A stretch of DNA of 64,000 bases from Macrostomum lignano. Its lineage: Eukaryota. The DNA lies in the NCBI GenBank assembly GCA_002269645.1, contig NIVC01000260.1:588461-652460 (forward strand). Direction: 5' to 3'. How positions within the stretch are numbered: the first letter of the stretch is position 1; every line of letters starts with the position of its first letter. Below are positions 1-11,441 of this stretch, piece after piece. The notes under the pieces are model-generated. The model was not told the DNA's origin, ran no database searches, and saw nothing but the letters and a program-made list of their open reading frames with translations. A program made the position numbers and the translations under genes.

Positions 1-776
1 GTGATTGGCTGGTGGGTGCCTGAGCCACCCAAGTTGGGGTTGGGGCTGGTTTAATCCGGTTGGTTGGGGTGGGGCTCTGAGCCTGCCCTTCCCCTTGCGT
101 TCCGTGGCAAGGGGGAATCTTTAAGCCCAGTGTCGCTTGTCCCACCCTCCGCGGGCCCCGCCGTGTTTGAGAGATTGTTCCATTCGTAGTGCGCGTCAGA
201 GGGTGCGTCCCAGACTCCCGAGATATTGTTAGCACTTTACTGTACTGTACTCTGCAATGACCCACTCCACTGCCTATAGGCCGGGAATTCTGGGATACGA
301 CAATCGCAACTGAGCGTCTCTTAAATCTGTGGATGGATTGCGGAACCTTCCTTTCTAATCTCTCTCAATCTCGATGCAGTAAATCAAGCATTATTGGCGA
401 TTCCGACTTATAGTCGTGCATGCAACCCGTCTCCACCTCTTCAATGTCAATACTGCCGCTTTAACAAATATTTGCGATGCTTTTAAAATGCGTTTTACTT
501 GGGAGTTTGCTGGTTTGCCTTGGACGCGCTTTCTCTCTGAGTTGTCTTCCTTACCTGCTAAACTGCAACACCAATTACCGCAGCATTATGCGTTCGAGCC
601 AAATCTATAAACTAGCTCCTGACTACGAACAAAGCAAGACTTACAAATTTTATTTCTAGGCTAAGAATATTGTCCCTAACAAAATAAAATTGGAGTTAGA
701 AACTTTAGCGTAACCTTTCTTTCATTTGAAATCAGACTTTAAAAAATAGTCTTTTAGAAAAATCTTTTCGTTCGAA

Positions 777-1430
777 TCAGACCAGGCGGAACTTGACCCA
801 GTCGGCGTTCGTCTCGATCTCCGCCTCCACCTGAGCGTCGGTGAACAGCAGCAGGCGGCAGACTCTCAGCTTGCTGTTGTACAGCACGTGTCTGCAGCTG
901 GCGTCACTTATGCCAGCAGCTGTACACTCGATGGCACTTCTCACATTCGGCCGCCTTCCGGTCGCCGGTACTGGGTTTAGAGTTTGTCAGAATCCCGAAC
1001 TCGCAGATGAAGCCGAGCTGACAGCCGCAGTCCCTGTCGGATAGCTTTCTGTCGGGTTTCTACCGAAGGCAGTATTCAATTGGCTCGCCAAGCTGACTGA
1101 AGAGAGTGCTGTCCTCGGGAAATACCCTGCTGCTGACTGAAGAGAGTGCTGTCCTCGGGAAATACCCTGCTGCTGACTGAAGAGAGTGCTGTCCTCGGGA
1201 AATACCCTGCTGCTGACTGAAGAGAGTGCTGTCCTCGGGAAATACCCTGCTGCTGACTGAAGAGAGTGCTGTCCTCGGGAAATACTCTGCTGCCGTTGAC
1301 CCTCTGCCAGCCGGCCCTGCTGCAGCCTCTCATCAGCCAGGTCGCTCACTCCGATCCACAGGTCGCAGCCGCAGTCCGCAGTTGAAATTTCTCCGTCAAC
1401 AATCAAATTCGCTTGATCGAGTCGCACGAT
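777..1430 (-). pseudogene. C-type lectin + PAN/apple gene copy 1, disrupted
   Basis: 777-955 is near-identical to the PAN-encoding 3' end of the intact copies (starts tcagaccaggcggaacttgacccagtcggcg). 1290-1430 encodes CGCDLWIGVSDLADER and AGWQRVNG. The middle is replaced by a 5x40-bp tandem repeat and a deletion. Confidence 0.85.
1092..1291. repeat. 5 x 40-bp tandem repeat inside lectin pseudogene
   Basis: Unit gctgactgaagagagtgctgtcctcgggaaataccctgct, five copies, contiguous with lectin coding sequence at 1292. Confidence 0.95.
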
Positions 1431-2379
1431 TGCTGCTTAAATGAGTACCAGTCGCTTGTCTGAGCAGTGCTCAGAAACAGGTGCACTTTCCGGCCTAGAG
1501 TCGGATGGGACCTGGGCACATCAGAGGTAGCAGAAGCAACAGCAGAATCGTGTACAATGATTTAGTGGCCATCGGGTGCACACAACCTAAGCATAAAAAC
1601 CGCGAATTAGTCTCATTAATATGCGATCCTGTTTTTGCATGTCTTTGGTCCGTTCGTGTGCAACTTAAACTGTACACTGTGTGCCCCTCTTATGACTCTA
1701 CCGATTCATCCCAACCGACCCCCTGCTTCCCTTCTCGTATCTCTCCTTTTCCCCCTCATTATTTATTATTCTTATTGCTGCGATGTCAAGGCTTACTGGG
1801 GTGGGGAGAATTGTTAAGCTATCAAGGCTGAAATGTCAGAAGCTACATGTATAGTTTATTCAGAAAAAATTATTTTATTCTTTGAACTATTTTACTCGAA
1901 TAGGGTGATTTACTAAACGGAAAAAGAAATGATTTTAAGAAAATATGTTTTCTTTTTACAGGATTTTCATAAATAATTTCCGTCACTTGCTTATTGGCCT
2001 CTCCGAAGGGGGCACTAGATTTCTAGATTTCCTTATCTCTACTATCGTCTCTCTCCATTCTTCTCTCTCACTGTCTCCCTCCTACCCCCATCATCTCTAA
2101 TCTTTGACTCTTGGCTGACTTACTAAATGATAAAAACTAGGATCTCGAAAAAATCTAAAAAATCTGTTTCCACGGCTTGGGAGGCTGTAAAAATCGCTTT
2201 GCTTTAAATTAGGAATCTGCAAACTCCGACCTGAGCACGTGCGGCTCGCGAAGCCTCTCAATCCGGCCCTCGCGGGTCCTTTGAAACTTGAAACAGCAAC
2301 CCGGCCCGCTCAAGGCTTGCGTCTCTTCTCAGCACTCTTCTCTCTCGTCTCTCCCCTCTTCTCTCCCTTCTCGTCTCTT

Positions 2380-2650
2380 CATCTCTTCTCCCCTCTTTTT
2401 CCCTCCTTCTCCTCTCCCCTTCTCCTCTCCCCCCTTCTCCTCTCCCCTTCTCCTCTCTCCCCTTCTCCTCTCTCCCCTTCTCCTCTCCCCCCTTCTCCTC
2501 TCCCCTTCTCCTCTCTCCCCTTCTCCTCTCTCCCCTTCTCCTCTCTCCCCTTCTCCTCTCTCCCCTTCTCCTCTCTCCCCTTCTCCTCTCCCGCCTTCTC
2601 TTCTCTTCCCTTTTCTCCACTCCCCTCTCCCCTTCTCTTATCTCCTCTCT
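2380..2650. repeat. CT-rich minisatellite (~15-bp unit CCCTTCTCCTCTCTC)
   Basis: Read directly from the sequence. Confidence 0.9.
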
Positions 2651-3186
2651 TCTCTACTTTCTTCTCTCGTGTTTTATCTTCTCTCATCTGGCCAGCGGCA
2701 ATGAGCTGGATTTTTTATCTGGCCGTTGAGGTAAAAAAAGTTTGTCAACTCCTGCTTTTAAACAATAATTTTTAATTTAAAATAACCGCGCGCTGTATTT
2801 ACGAAGTTCTCGCGCCTGCCGCCAATCTGACGTGTTAGCGCGTATCTTCGCTTTCTTCGATTCCAAAACTGCGTGGACTCGACTTTGGGTGCCGGTTAAC
2901 GAAGCTCTCACATGAAGCTGCTCTCGTAGCATTAAACCTGCTATATCGCGCTTTTATTTGCGACTTCATGCATTGGCGACAAACGTGTCACATTTCCTAT
3001 CAGTGGTGTCTCAGCTTCTCAGCACCTGGCTCAGCTGGCTCAGCAGAAGCGTCAGGGGTCTGTTGATGCTGACGGAGAAGTCAACCTGTCTGAGGTCGAT
3101 TTTGATTTACGATCGCCCTACCTGTCACTTTGTCTTGTCGCTTGCCCCAATCTGTTTTTTCTTCCATTTTCTTAATTTTCGGCAAC

Positions 3187-3290
3187 CGCCCTGATGTCCC
3201 AGCTCAACCGCAGGGACATCAGGGCTGTGACCATGGCCCTCTCGGGTCATGGCTGTTTTGCCAGGCATCGTACAGGAATGTACATAGGCA
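3187..3290 (+). mobile_element. ~100-bp fragment of an RNase-H LINE 3' region
   Basis: Translates LNRRDIRAVTMALSGHGCFARHRY, matching LSRRDIRAATMTLSGHGCFSRHQY in the full-length LINE at 23.7-29.6 kb. Confidence 0.8.
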
Positions 3291-3750
3291 TGTGTACATG
3301 GCGTGTAACTAGACATGTACTTATACACTTTTTGTGCCTTGGGAGTTGGCCCTCTTGAATAAAAATCTCGCGACAGAATCACGGTCGATTGAGCCATCAA
3401 TACATATACATGCAATGCGCAAGAGTCTACTGAGCAAGAATGATTCGTTTAAACGATATTGACTAAAGATTTTCAGATTCGGTGGAATAGATGAATCCAT
3501 TGATATTTCAGTTAACGACTGTGCGCATGAAATCAAAGTGTGAACAAAGATGACAAAATATAAATCTGCTTTTTGAGATGCCATTGTTTATTAAACTTGT
3601 GGGTGGGGTATTTTGCTCATTTAAAAAGCAGCTCTTAGTTCTTGGTTTTTATTAAATTTGATATTTTATGTTAGTTATTCGAACGAAAGGGACATAGGGA
3701 GTACAATTGAACCACGATCTGCTCTTTAGTGCGTTTTTATTCCGTTCGAA

Positions 3751-4470
3751 TCAGACCAGGCGGAACTTGACCCAGTCGGCGCTCGTCTCGATCTCCGCCT
3801 CCACCTGAGCGTCGGTGAACAGCAGCAGGCGGCAGGCTCGCAGCTTGTTGTTGTACAGCACGTGTCTGCAGCTGGCGTCACTCATGGCGGCTGCAACGCA
3901 CTCAACAGCGCTGCTCACATGCGGCACTTCGGTGAAGCAGTACTCGGTGTTGTAGGTGGCTCTCTTGAACGACACCTTCTTCCAATTGGCGAGCTTCCGG
4001 TAAGCAGAGGGGTCCTTGTACTCGCAAGCGAATCCATAGTTACGGTTGCAATAGACGTCTCTGAGCAATCCGAGTTCGTTCATCCGAATGCAGTTTTCAT
4101 CAGCACCTCCGGATGGTTCGCTTGTGTAAAACAGACTTTCAGGACTGGCGAAGCCGTTTCCGTTGACCCTCTGCCAGCCGGCTCTCTTCTTGCCTCTCTC
4201 ATCGGCCAGGTCGCTCAGTCCGAGCCACAGCTGGCAGCTGCAGGATGAGCTGATGCCGCTGCGATTCAGTGCCAGGATGGAGCTGTGCGAGTTGAGCAGC
4301 TCGCCTCCGATCGATGCGCACTGCCGATTAGCTGAGCACCAGCTGTGGCTGTGAGCTGTGCTCACGAACAGGCACAGACCGGCCTGCATGGTGAACGGTG
4401 CGGGACACAGCAGGGCCTGCGACTGCAGCAGCTGGCAGCTCAGCAGCAGCAGCAGCAGCAGCGCAAGCAT
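3751..4470 (-). CDS. Secreted C-type lectin (CTLD) + PAN/apple protein, copy 2, intact (239 aa from ATG 4470)
   Basis: Signal peptide MLALLLLLLLSCQLLQSQA. CTLD motifs CP..F, WCSANRQCASIGGEL, LWLGLSD, EPS..ENC, C...YGFACE. PAN-like C-x8-C-x3-C-x5-C-x9-C pattern. Confidence 0.85.
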   Translation of the reverse strand: MLALLLLLLLSCQLLQSQALLCPAPFTMQAGLCLFVSTAHSHSWCSANRQCASIGGELLNSHSSILALNRSGISSSCSCQLWLGLSDLADERGKKRAGWQRVNGNGFASPESLFYTSEPSGGADENCIRMNELGLLRDVYCNRNYGFACEYKDPSAYRKLANWKKVSFKRATYNTEYCFTEVPHVSSAVECVAAAMSDASCRHVLYNNKLRACRLLLFTDAQVEAEIETSADWVKFRLV

Positions 4471-5269
4471 CGGGCGATGCTCTCTGAACCTAAAAAGCGT
4501 AAATTTCGGGCCACGAGAATTCGTAGGAATGCTCATCATTTCTATATGATTTAATGGCAGTTTGATTCTTGCCTTTTTGTTGTTCGATTCTTTGCTCCAA
4601 GAATTTGATTCCGCCTGCAGTCACTTGTCGCTTTCTTCTACTGTTGGCTGCCTCGATCTGACTGTCTCAATGTCTGTGAAAATCCGTTGACGATGCAGAT
4701 ACAATTTTCTCTCCTCTCTTTTTTTAGTTTCTTCTTAATTTTGCAAAGTCGATTTAGGGGAACAGTTTTATTTCCACATTTGTGTAGGAAGACGCCACAT
4801 CCGGGGTTTATTGACAGTCGTGAGCTGGCAAGAGTTGCATTTTCTGTGTCCATTATCCGCTGTGGAAGGGTAACTTTACCAAAACTTTTGGCCACCTGAT
4901 GCATCCGAGGCTGAACTTGGTATGGTTGGCTTTGAGACTTCAATTAGCAGCAATATCCCTTTTTTGACTTTCTTGTCCAGCAGTTCTTTTGCTGTTGTGC
5001 CGGGCACTCTTGCAGTGCTAGCGCACCGCGTCCTCCAGTGCGTTTGAGTCATACCCATGCCCCCATTGTTCCCCGTTTGATGATTACGAGAATCACCCCT
5101 ATACATGTGTGCGAGGAAACTGCCTTGTCCACCAGTTCTATTGAAAATCAGCGTCTTGAAAATGTGGATTGCGGAACCTTCCTTTCTAATTTCTCTCAAG
5201 CTCGCAGTAAATCGAACATTATTGGCGATTCTGATTTAGTTGTGCATGCAACGCGTTTTTACCTCTCAT

Positions 5270-8200
5270 CCCGGTGTGAAAAGATGAGTCCGGAAGACCC
5301 AGATAGGACTCTGACAAGTCTTTTTCCCAGCAGACAATCAATATTGTTTATTATTTTTCTAAAACCAGAAATTCTGACTGTAAATGTACAGTTTGCACTC
5401 TTAAAACCATCAAAAGAACTCCTGCAGGTGTTGTTTTTGTGGGTCCGCCTTCGGTCCTCTTGGAACAGATTTTTTTACTCCGTTGCCAGTCCTTTCTCAT
5501 GGGATTATTTTTTTCTAAAATTGAAGATCCATAAACAGCAGCTATATCCAAAACGACATGTAAAAGCTGCTGGCATTCCATTCCATTGTTTAAAAGTCTG
5601 CTTATATAATTGCTATCAGTCCTATCTGAGTCCCCAGCCACCCTATGCATCAATCAGCCCTCACATTTCCTGTCTTGAAGAAGACTTAAGGCGCTATTAT
5701 AAGTAACATAAGGGGCAAGAATTATACCTATTTTAATACAACATAAATTGTTAGTTTACAATGTATTACATACGAGAAAAAAGCATCATAATACTTTTTA
5801 ATACCTTTCTCACTAGAGTCTAGAGAATGTACACTAGAGAGGCGCCATAATATGTACACTCGTACTCAAGATGACAAGAAAGACACCAACAACGAATGCT
5901 TGCAGAAGCGGAGACAAGGAGACAAGGAAGTCTGTTGTTCGACTGACAAGGCCTGTGCGGTTAAGGCACGTCAGTCCCGAGTCGCTGTCGTTTGGCGACT
6001 TTATCGACTTGGGGGCACAGGACTCGAAGTCCTCCGCCGGGTCACCATGTGCCCCCACGGAGGAACTTCCCTAAAGGGGCCCGAGCTCAACGGAATTGCC
6101 AAGCGACCTTGTCTTTGTGGTTTGACGGGAAGAGCTGGCTGGGACCGAGATGCCGAAGGACCGAGTCAGGTTCGTGCTCGATGGTGTAAAGAACAGCTTC
6201 AGAAGTACACGGCAATTCAAAGTGATGGATTTTAAGAAGCACACGGCAAATCACAGATCGGCTACTGTTCTGTGCAGATTCTGTGCACCTGTATGCTCTT
6301 TTGGGCTTCGGCTTCCGTTTTGTACTGTCATGAGCTGAGTCAAACTGTGCGTTTTATGATGTTGAAACATGGTTTCGACGCCATAGAGACCTACATGGAT
6401 GACTTCGTCTTTTGTGGAGATCTGGAGAGTGCTGCTGGAAGTTCTACAATCATCTCATCGATCTGCTGGAGCGGCTGGTATTCACTGAATCGTAGCAAGT
6501 GTTGTTCCACCGACAACGCGGATGACCTTTCTGGGAATTTTATTCGATAGCGTGGCTGGCGGTCAGATGTCTTCCTGTCGACAAGGTCCAAAGTTTTTTG
6601 CACGTTTTATCTCTCTGCTCTTCGAAGAAAAGGCTGTCAAAGTCAAGTTTACAAAAGCTGATTGGCATGTTAAACTGGGCGTCGCAAGTTGTTCGGCACG
6701 GGAGAGTTTTCCTCCGACCTCTAATCGACATTTTCGACAAACTGAATCGGCCTCATGACAGGATTCTTGTTGGCCCCTCCGTGGTGCACCACCTCTCCTG
6801 GTGGCGTTTGGCTTTGCAGCATTGCATCGGTATTGGTCTGTAGACTTCGCGGAGGGCTTGTGTTACCATGGAGACCGACTCGTCGTCTTCAGGTGCTGCG
6901 GCTGTGCTCTGTGACGTTGATAGAATTCGCGATTGGTGCTTCATTGTCTGGCAGACTGGCGCGAATGGTGTTTATCAGCATTACTGCATCGATTTCAAGG
7001 AGGCTGTGGTTATCTTGCCGGCTGTTTTGAGATCGGGCCAATCCTTGGCCGGGGTCAGGTGCGACAATGATAGGGCGTGTTGGATTCTGAGACGAGGCGT
7101 CTCCAAGGACTCGCGGCTTATGTGGTTGCTGTAGTTTGTTGCGTTGCTCTGTCCGTGTTTTGACGTAAAATTTTTACGGTGTTTCCCGTTCCAGGGTGTC
7201 TATCAGCTGTTTGCCGATGCTGCTAATGAGTTGCTCATTTTTTTCAGTTTTTATGTCTCTGTGCAAATTTTCCCTGCAGAATTTTCGGATCACCCTCGGC
7301 ACCGCCGCCTCCGGCCTCCTCGCCGCAGCAGACCGTACGCACCGCAGTCGCGTAGGGCCGATCTCAGCGGCCGTCCGGTCCTGGCGCAGTTACTGCAGCG
7401 AGAACGGGACCAACCCGGTTCGATCCGACTGGTCGGTGCTTACCCAACTACCTGGCTCACCTGGTTGAATGCCGCCTGAGATCGTTTAACAGTCAGCGTG
7501 TCCACGTCAGTGCACTGTCCAGCTAAGTCAAAGCCTGTGGTGCTGAGGACCTAACAAAACAGAATGGGCCAGCGGCCAAGACGGAATCTGCAGATGTCTG
7601 TGAGGATCCAGCTTAATTTGAGCAGTAACCTGGTAGAGTCTGCTGGCTTGTGAGCCTGATTGCTAGGTGGGGGGTGTTTCGGCGGTCCAGTCTCCGCTTT
7701 ATCGATCTCCATCTCAGCCTTTCAACGCCACTTTCGGTTGTGCTCTCCGTCAGTTATGGCAAGACGAACCAGTTTGTCGCGATGCTGCAGCGAGTGTTGC
7801 TTCCAAGGCTAAAAGTCGGACACCCGCTTTGCCCGGTGGCCGTGCTAGAGAATCACCTCTGCATCAGCAAGCTTGGCGACAGGCAGCCTGTTTTCTCCTA
7901 CCAGTTGGCGAGCGGATCCTACCTGCGATGGGAGCTGGCAAATGGACCACCTGGTCAGGCCTTGTGCCTCAGTAGCTGCATCCAAAAAAGGGCCACCTGG
8001 AAGGCATGAGCCCCAGAAGTTGGTACCCCGCCATGGCGAAACTGACCTGGCCCGATGGGTATAGGTTACGCCTGTGGTTGGTCTCTGAGGAGATCGAAGC
8101 AGGTCCACAAGGTGGGTTGGCGGTGCCAAGCCTTGCAAATCATAAACAGCTTCGCAGTCAGGACCCCCAACATTTTCGCCTTTGAACCCCGCCGTATGGG

Positions 8201-8895
8201 TCTGCCATCTTTGTGAGGCAACCCATAGGAATTCAATGTTGAGATGGCCCCAGCTAGCATACGCTTCTGACCTACCCCTATTACGCTCTCGTATCATCGG
8301 TAGATCGGTAGGTCCACGCCGCATGGCACCCCGTTTAACAACAACAATATTATAACGCTTGGATGACTACTGAATTCTTGAGAGACTGGCTGAGGATGTC
8401 CAGCAGTTGATTTTTGCCCAGTGGCTTGATCAGCGAAACCAGAGAAATTCGCAACAGGGTGTCCATAGTCACCTGGTGCCACCTGCTGAAGGTCCAGAAG
8501 CTCCGACCAACGAAGCCAGAGCTGATGCAGGCACGTAGCTTATATGGTCAACGTGCTGATAAAATTTGGAGGCTTGGCAAGGCTGCACTGAGGCCACGCA
8601 GTACTGATTGGCGCACAGGGGTGTACTGAATACACTGGCGCCTATGGGAGAAACCCGACCTTCTGGCAGAATCGTTGAATATCTCGACGGTGCATGGGTT
8701 TGCGACTTGATTCTTGCTTTAGGTGTGTGTGTGCCGGCGCAGTCTCTCTTGCTAGTTCTACTGTTTATTAGTTGCAACAATAAACGATGGAAGAACGTCG
8801 ACCGATCTGGGGGCGCCTTTCGTTGCTGCGCCTCACTCGACTGTCTTTGCCTCTTCATTGCTAAATCTTTGCTACATGTATATCTATATATAATC
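5270..8895 (+). mobile_element. Degenerate DIRS/Ngaro-type tyrosine-recombinase retrotransposon remnant (inserted block)
   Basis: RT ETYMDDFVFCG (~6390), TFLGILFDS, LQKLIGMLNWASQVVRHGRVFLR. DIRS-type RNase H CDNDRACWILRRGVSKDSRLMWLL (~7060). YR-like GKTNQF...LCPVAVLENHL (~7760-7860). Many stops and frameshifts. Boundaries inferred from the interrupted lectin 3' flank, so the block may contain more than one element. Confidence 0.7.
8340..8717. repeat. Diverged solo arm of the foldback element at 10.2-11.4 kb
   Basis: Colinear with 10960-11320 (cagggtgtccatagtcacctggtgcc, ggcaaggctgcactgagg, gaatatctcgacggt). Confidence 0.8.
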
Positions 8896-9356
8896 GTTTT
8901 AACAATTTTTATGCGATGCTTTTAAGATGCGATGCGTTTTACTTGGAGTTGGCTGGTTTGCCTCACCGCTTTCTCCCTGAGCTGTGCCCCCTTACCTGCT
9001 AAACTGCAGCTCGTTACCGTAGCATTATGGATTCGAAAAAATCTATAAACCAGATCGTAACTACTAGCAAAGCAAGTCTGGGCAACTTGCAAATTTTATT
9101 TCTAGGCTATGATTATTGTTCCTAGCAAAAATGAATTTATCAACGCTAAAAAATATGCATTTTTGGAATGCCATTGTGTATTTAGATGTTCGAAATTTAC
9201 TCAATTGTTTCTCAAGTTTTGCAGAAATAGTTTATAAAGCTCAGATTCCATTCAAAGCGAATTCCTTCTGGATAAAAATTGCGACAACAGAGTTAGAAAC
9301 TTTAGCGTAACTTTTCTTTCATTTTCTTAAAATCTGTGTTATTCTTTCCATTCGAA

Positions 9357-10073
9357 TCAGAGCAGTCGGAACTTGACCCAGTCGGCGCTCGTCTCGATCT
9401 CCGCCTCCACCTGAGCGTCGGTGAACAGCAGCAGGCGGCAGGCTCTCAGCTTGCTGTTGTACAGCACGTGTCTGCAGCTGGCGTCACTCATAGCGGCTGC
9501 AATGCACCTCATGGCGCTGCTCACATTCGGCACATCGGTGAAGCAGTACTCGGTGTTGTAGGTGGCTCTCTTGAACGACACCTTCTTCCAATTGGCAAGC
9601 TTCCGGTAAGCAGAGGGGTCCTTGTACTCGCAAGCGAATCCATAGTTATGGCTGCAGTTGGCGTCTCTGAGCAGCCCCAGATGGTCCATTCGAATGCAGT
9701 TTTCGTCATATCCTGACGGCTCGTATTCGTAAAACAGATCAAAGGGAGGGTCAGCGAAGCCGTTTCCGTTGACCCTCTGCCAGCCGGCTCTCTTGTTGCC
9801 TCTCTCATCGGCCAGGTCGCTCAGTCCGATCCACAGCTGGCAGCTGCAGGATGAGCTGATGCCGCTGCGATTCAGTGTCAGGATGGAGCTGTGCGAGTTA
9901 ACGAGCTCGCCTCCGATCGATGCGCACTGCCGATTGGCTGAGCACCAGCTGTGGCTGTGAGCTGTGCTCACGAACAGGCACAGACCGGCCTGCATGGTGA
10001 ACGGTGCGGGACACGGCAGGGCCTGCGACTGCAGCAGCTGGCAGCTCAGCAGCAGCAGCAGCAGCACAAGCAT
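9357..10073 (-). CDS. Secreted C-type lectin + PAN/apple protein, copy 3, intact (238 aa)
   Basis: Same architecture as copy 2 and highly similar to it; EPSGYDENC loop. Confidence 0.85.
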   Translation of the reverse strand: MLVLLLLLLSCQLLQSQALPCPAPFTMQAGLCLFVSTAHSHSWCSANRQCASIGGELVNSHSSILTLNRSGISSSCSCQLWIGLSDLADERGNKRAGWQRVNGNGFADPPFDLFYEYEPSGYDENCIRMDHLGLLRDANCSHNYGFACEYKDPSAYRKLANWKKVSFKRATYNTEYCFTDVPNVSSAMRCIAAAMSDASCRHVLYNSKLRACRLLLFTDAQVEAEIETSADWVKFRLL

Positions 10074-10171
10074 TTGGCGATGCTTTGAGTCTAAAATAAT
10101 TGTCTCTGGAATATTATCTTCATATATAGAACCGACTGAATCACCTTAGAGCACATTAACAGTAGCTCGTA

Positions 10172-11422
10172 GAACTACCAAGGGGGTGGGGAAATTCCCC
10201 CCCCTGACAATTTTTTTTGCTGCGCCGGAACGGAGCAACGCAGGCACACGAAATTCAAGAACACGGGCTAACTTTTTGTTGCGCACCTTCTCAAACAAGA
10301 ATCAAGTCACCAGCCCTCCGGACCGTCGAGATATTCGACGATTCTGCCAGAAGGTCGGATTTTTCCCATAAGCGCCAGTGTATTCAGTACACCCCTGTGC
10401 GCCAATTAGCACTGCGCCTCAGTGCAGCCTTGCCCAGTCTCCAAATTTCATCAGCACGTCGACCACATGTGTCTGCATCAGTTCTGACTTCGTTGGTCAC
10501 TGGCCTGCACCCAGGTGGAGCTTCTGGACCCTCAACAGCTGTGGCACCAGGTGACTATGGACACCCTGATGCGGATTTCTCTACGAGCTAGTTTCGCCGA
10601 TCAAGCCTTGACAGTGGGCAAAAATTAACTGCTGGACATCCTCAGCTAGTCAGTTAAGCATTCAGCCATCACCCCGACGCCGTCGGCACCTTCAACAGGT
10701 GACACCAGGTGAGTAAGGACACCTGAGCGTGATTTTTCATAATGCGCTTAACATTTCTGAAGCTCCACAGCTGTTGAAGGTGCCGATGGCGTCGGGGTGA
10801 TGACGGAATGCTCGAGAGACTAGCTGAGGATGTCCAGCAGTTGAGGCTTGCCCACTGTCGAGGCTTGATCGGCGAAACTAGAGAAATCAGCATCAGGGTG
10901 CCCATAGTCATCTGGTGTAATTTGTTGAAGGTGCCGACGGCATCAAGGTGATGACGAAATGCTCGAGAGACTAGCTGAGAATGTCTGACGGTTGATTCTT
11001 GCCCACTGTCGAGGCTTGATCGGCGAAACTAGCTCGTAGAGAAATCCGCATCAGGGTGTCCATAGTCACCTGGTGCCACAGCTGTTGAGGGTCCAGAAGC
11101 TCCACCTGGGTGCAGGCCAGTGACCAACAAAGTCAGAACTGATGCAGACACATGTGGTCGACGTGCTGATGAAATTTGGAGACTGGGCAAGGCTGCACTG
11201 AGGCGCAGTGCTAATTGGCGCACAGGGGTGTACTGAATACACTAGCACTTATGGGAAAAATCCGACCTTCTGGCAGAATCGTCGAATATCTCGACGGTCC
11301 GGAGGGCTGGCGACTTGATTCATGTTTGAGAAGGTGCGCAACAAAAAGTTAGCCCGTGTTCTTGAATTTCGTGTGCCTGCGTTGCTCTGTTTAGGGGAAA
11401 TTCCCCCCCCCCTTGGTAGTTC
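10172..11422. mobile_element. Non-autonomous foldback-type element with ~450-bp inverted arms
   Basis: 10172-10625 is the near-perfect reverse complement of ~11000-11422 (ends gaactaccaagg / ccttggtagttc). The core consists of subrepeats in both orientations. No credible ORF and no clear TSD. Confidence 0.8.
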
Positions 11423-11441
11423 GACGGGCGGAATAATGGCT

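Noticed and set aside
1-290. GC-rich edge sequence, possibly the 5' end of a retroelement
   Set aside because: Cut by the window edge, with no diagnostic motif.
2239-2775. Ser/Pro/Leu-rich and Arg/Glu-rich ORFs
   Set aside because: Products of a CT-rich minisatellite.
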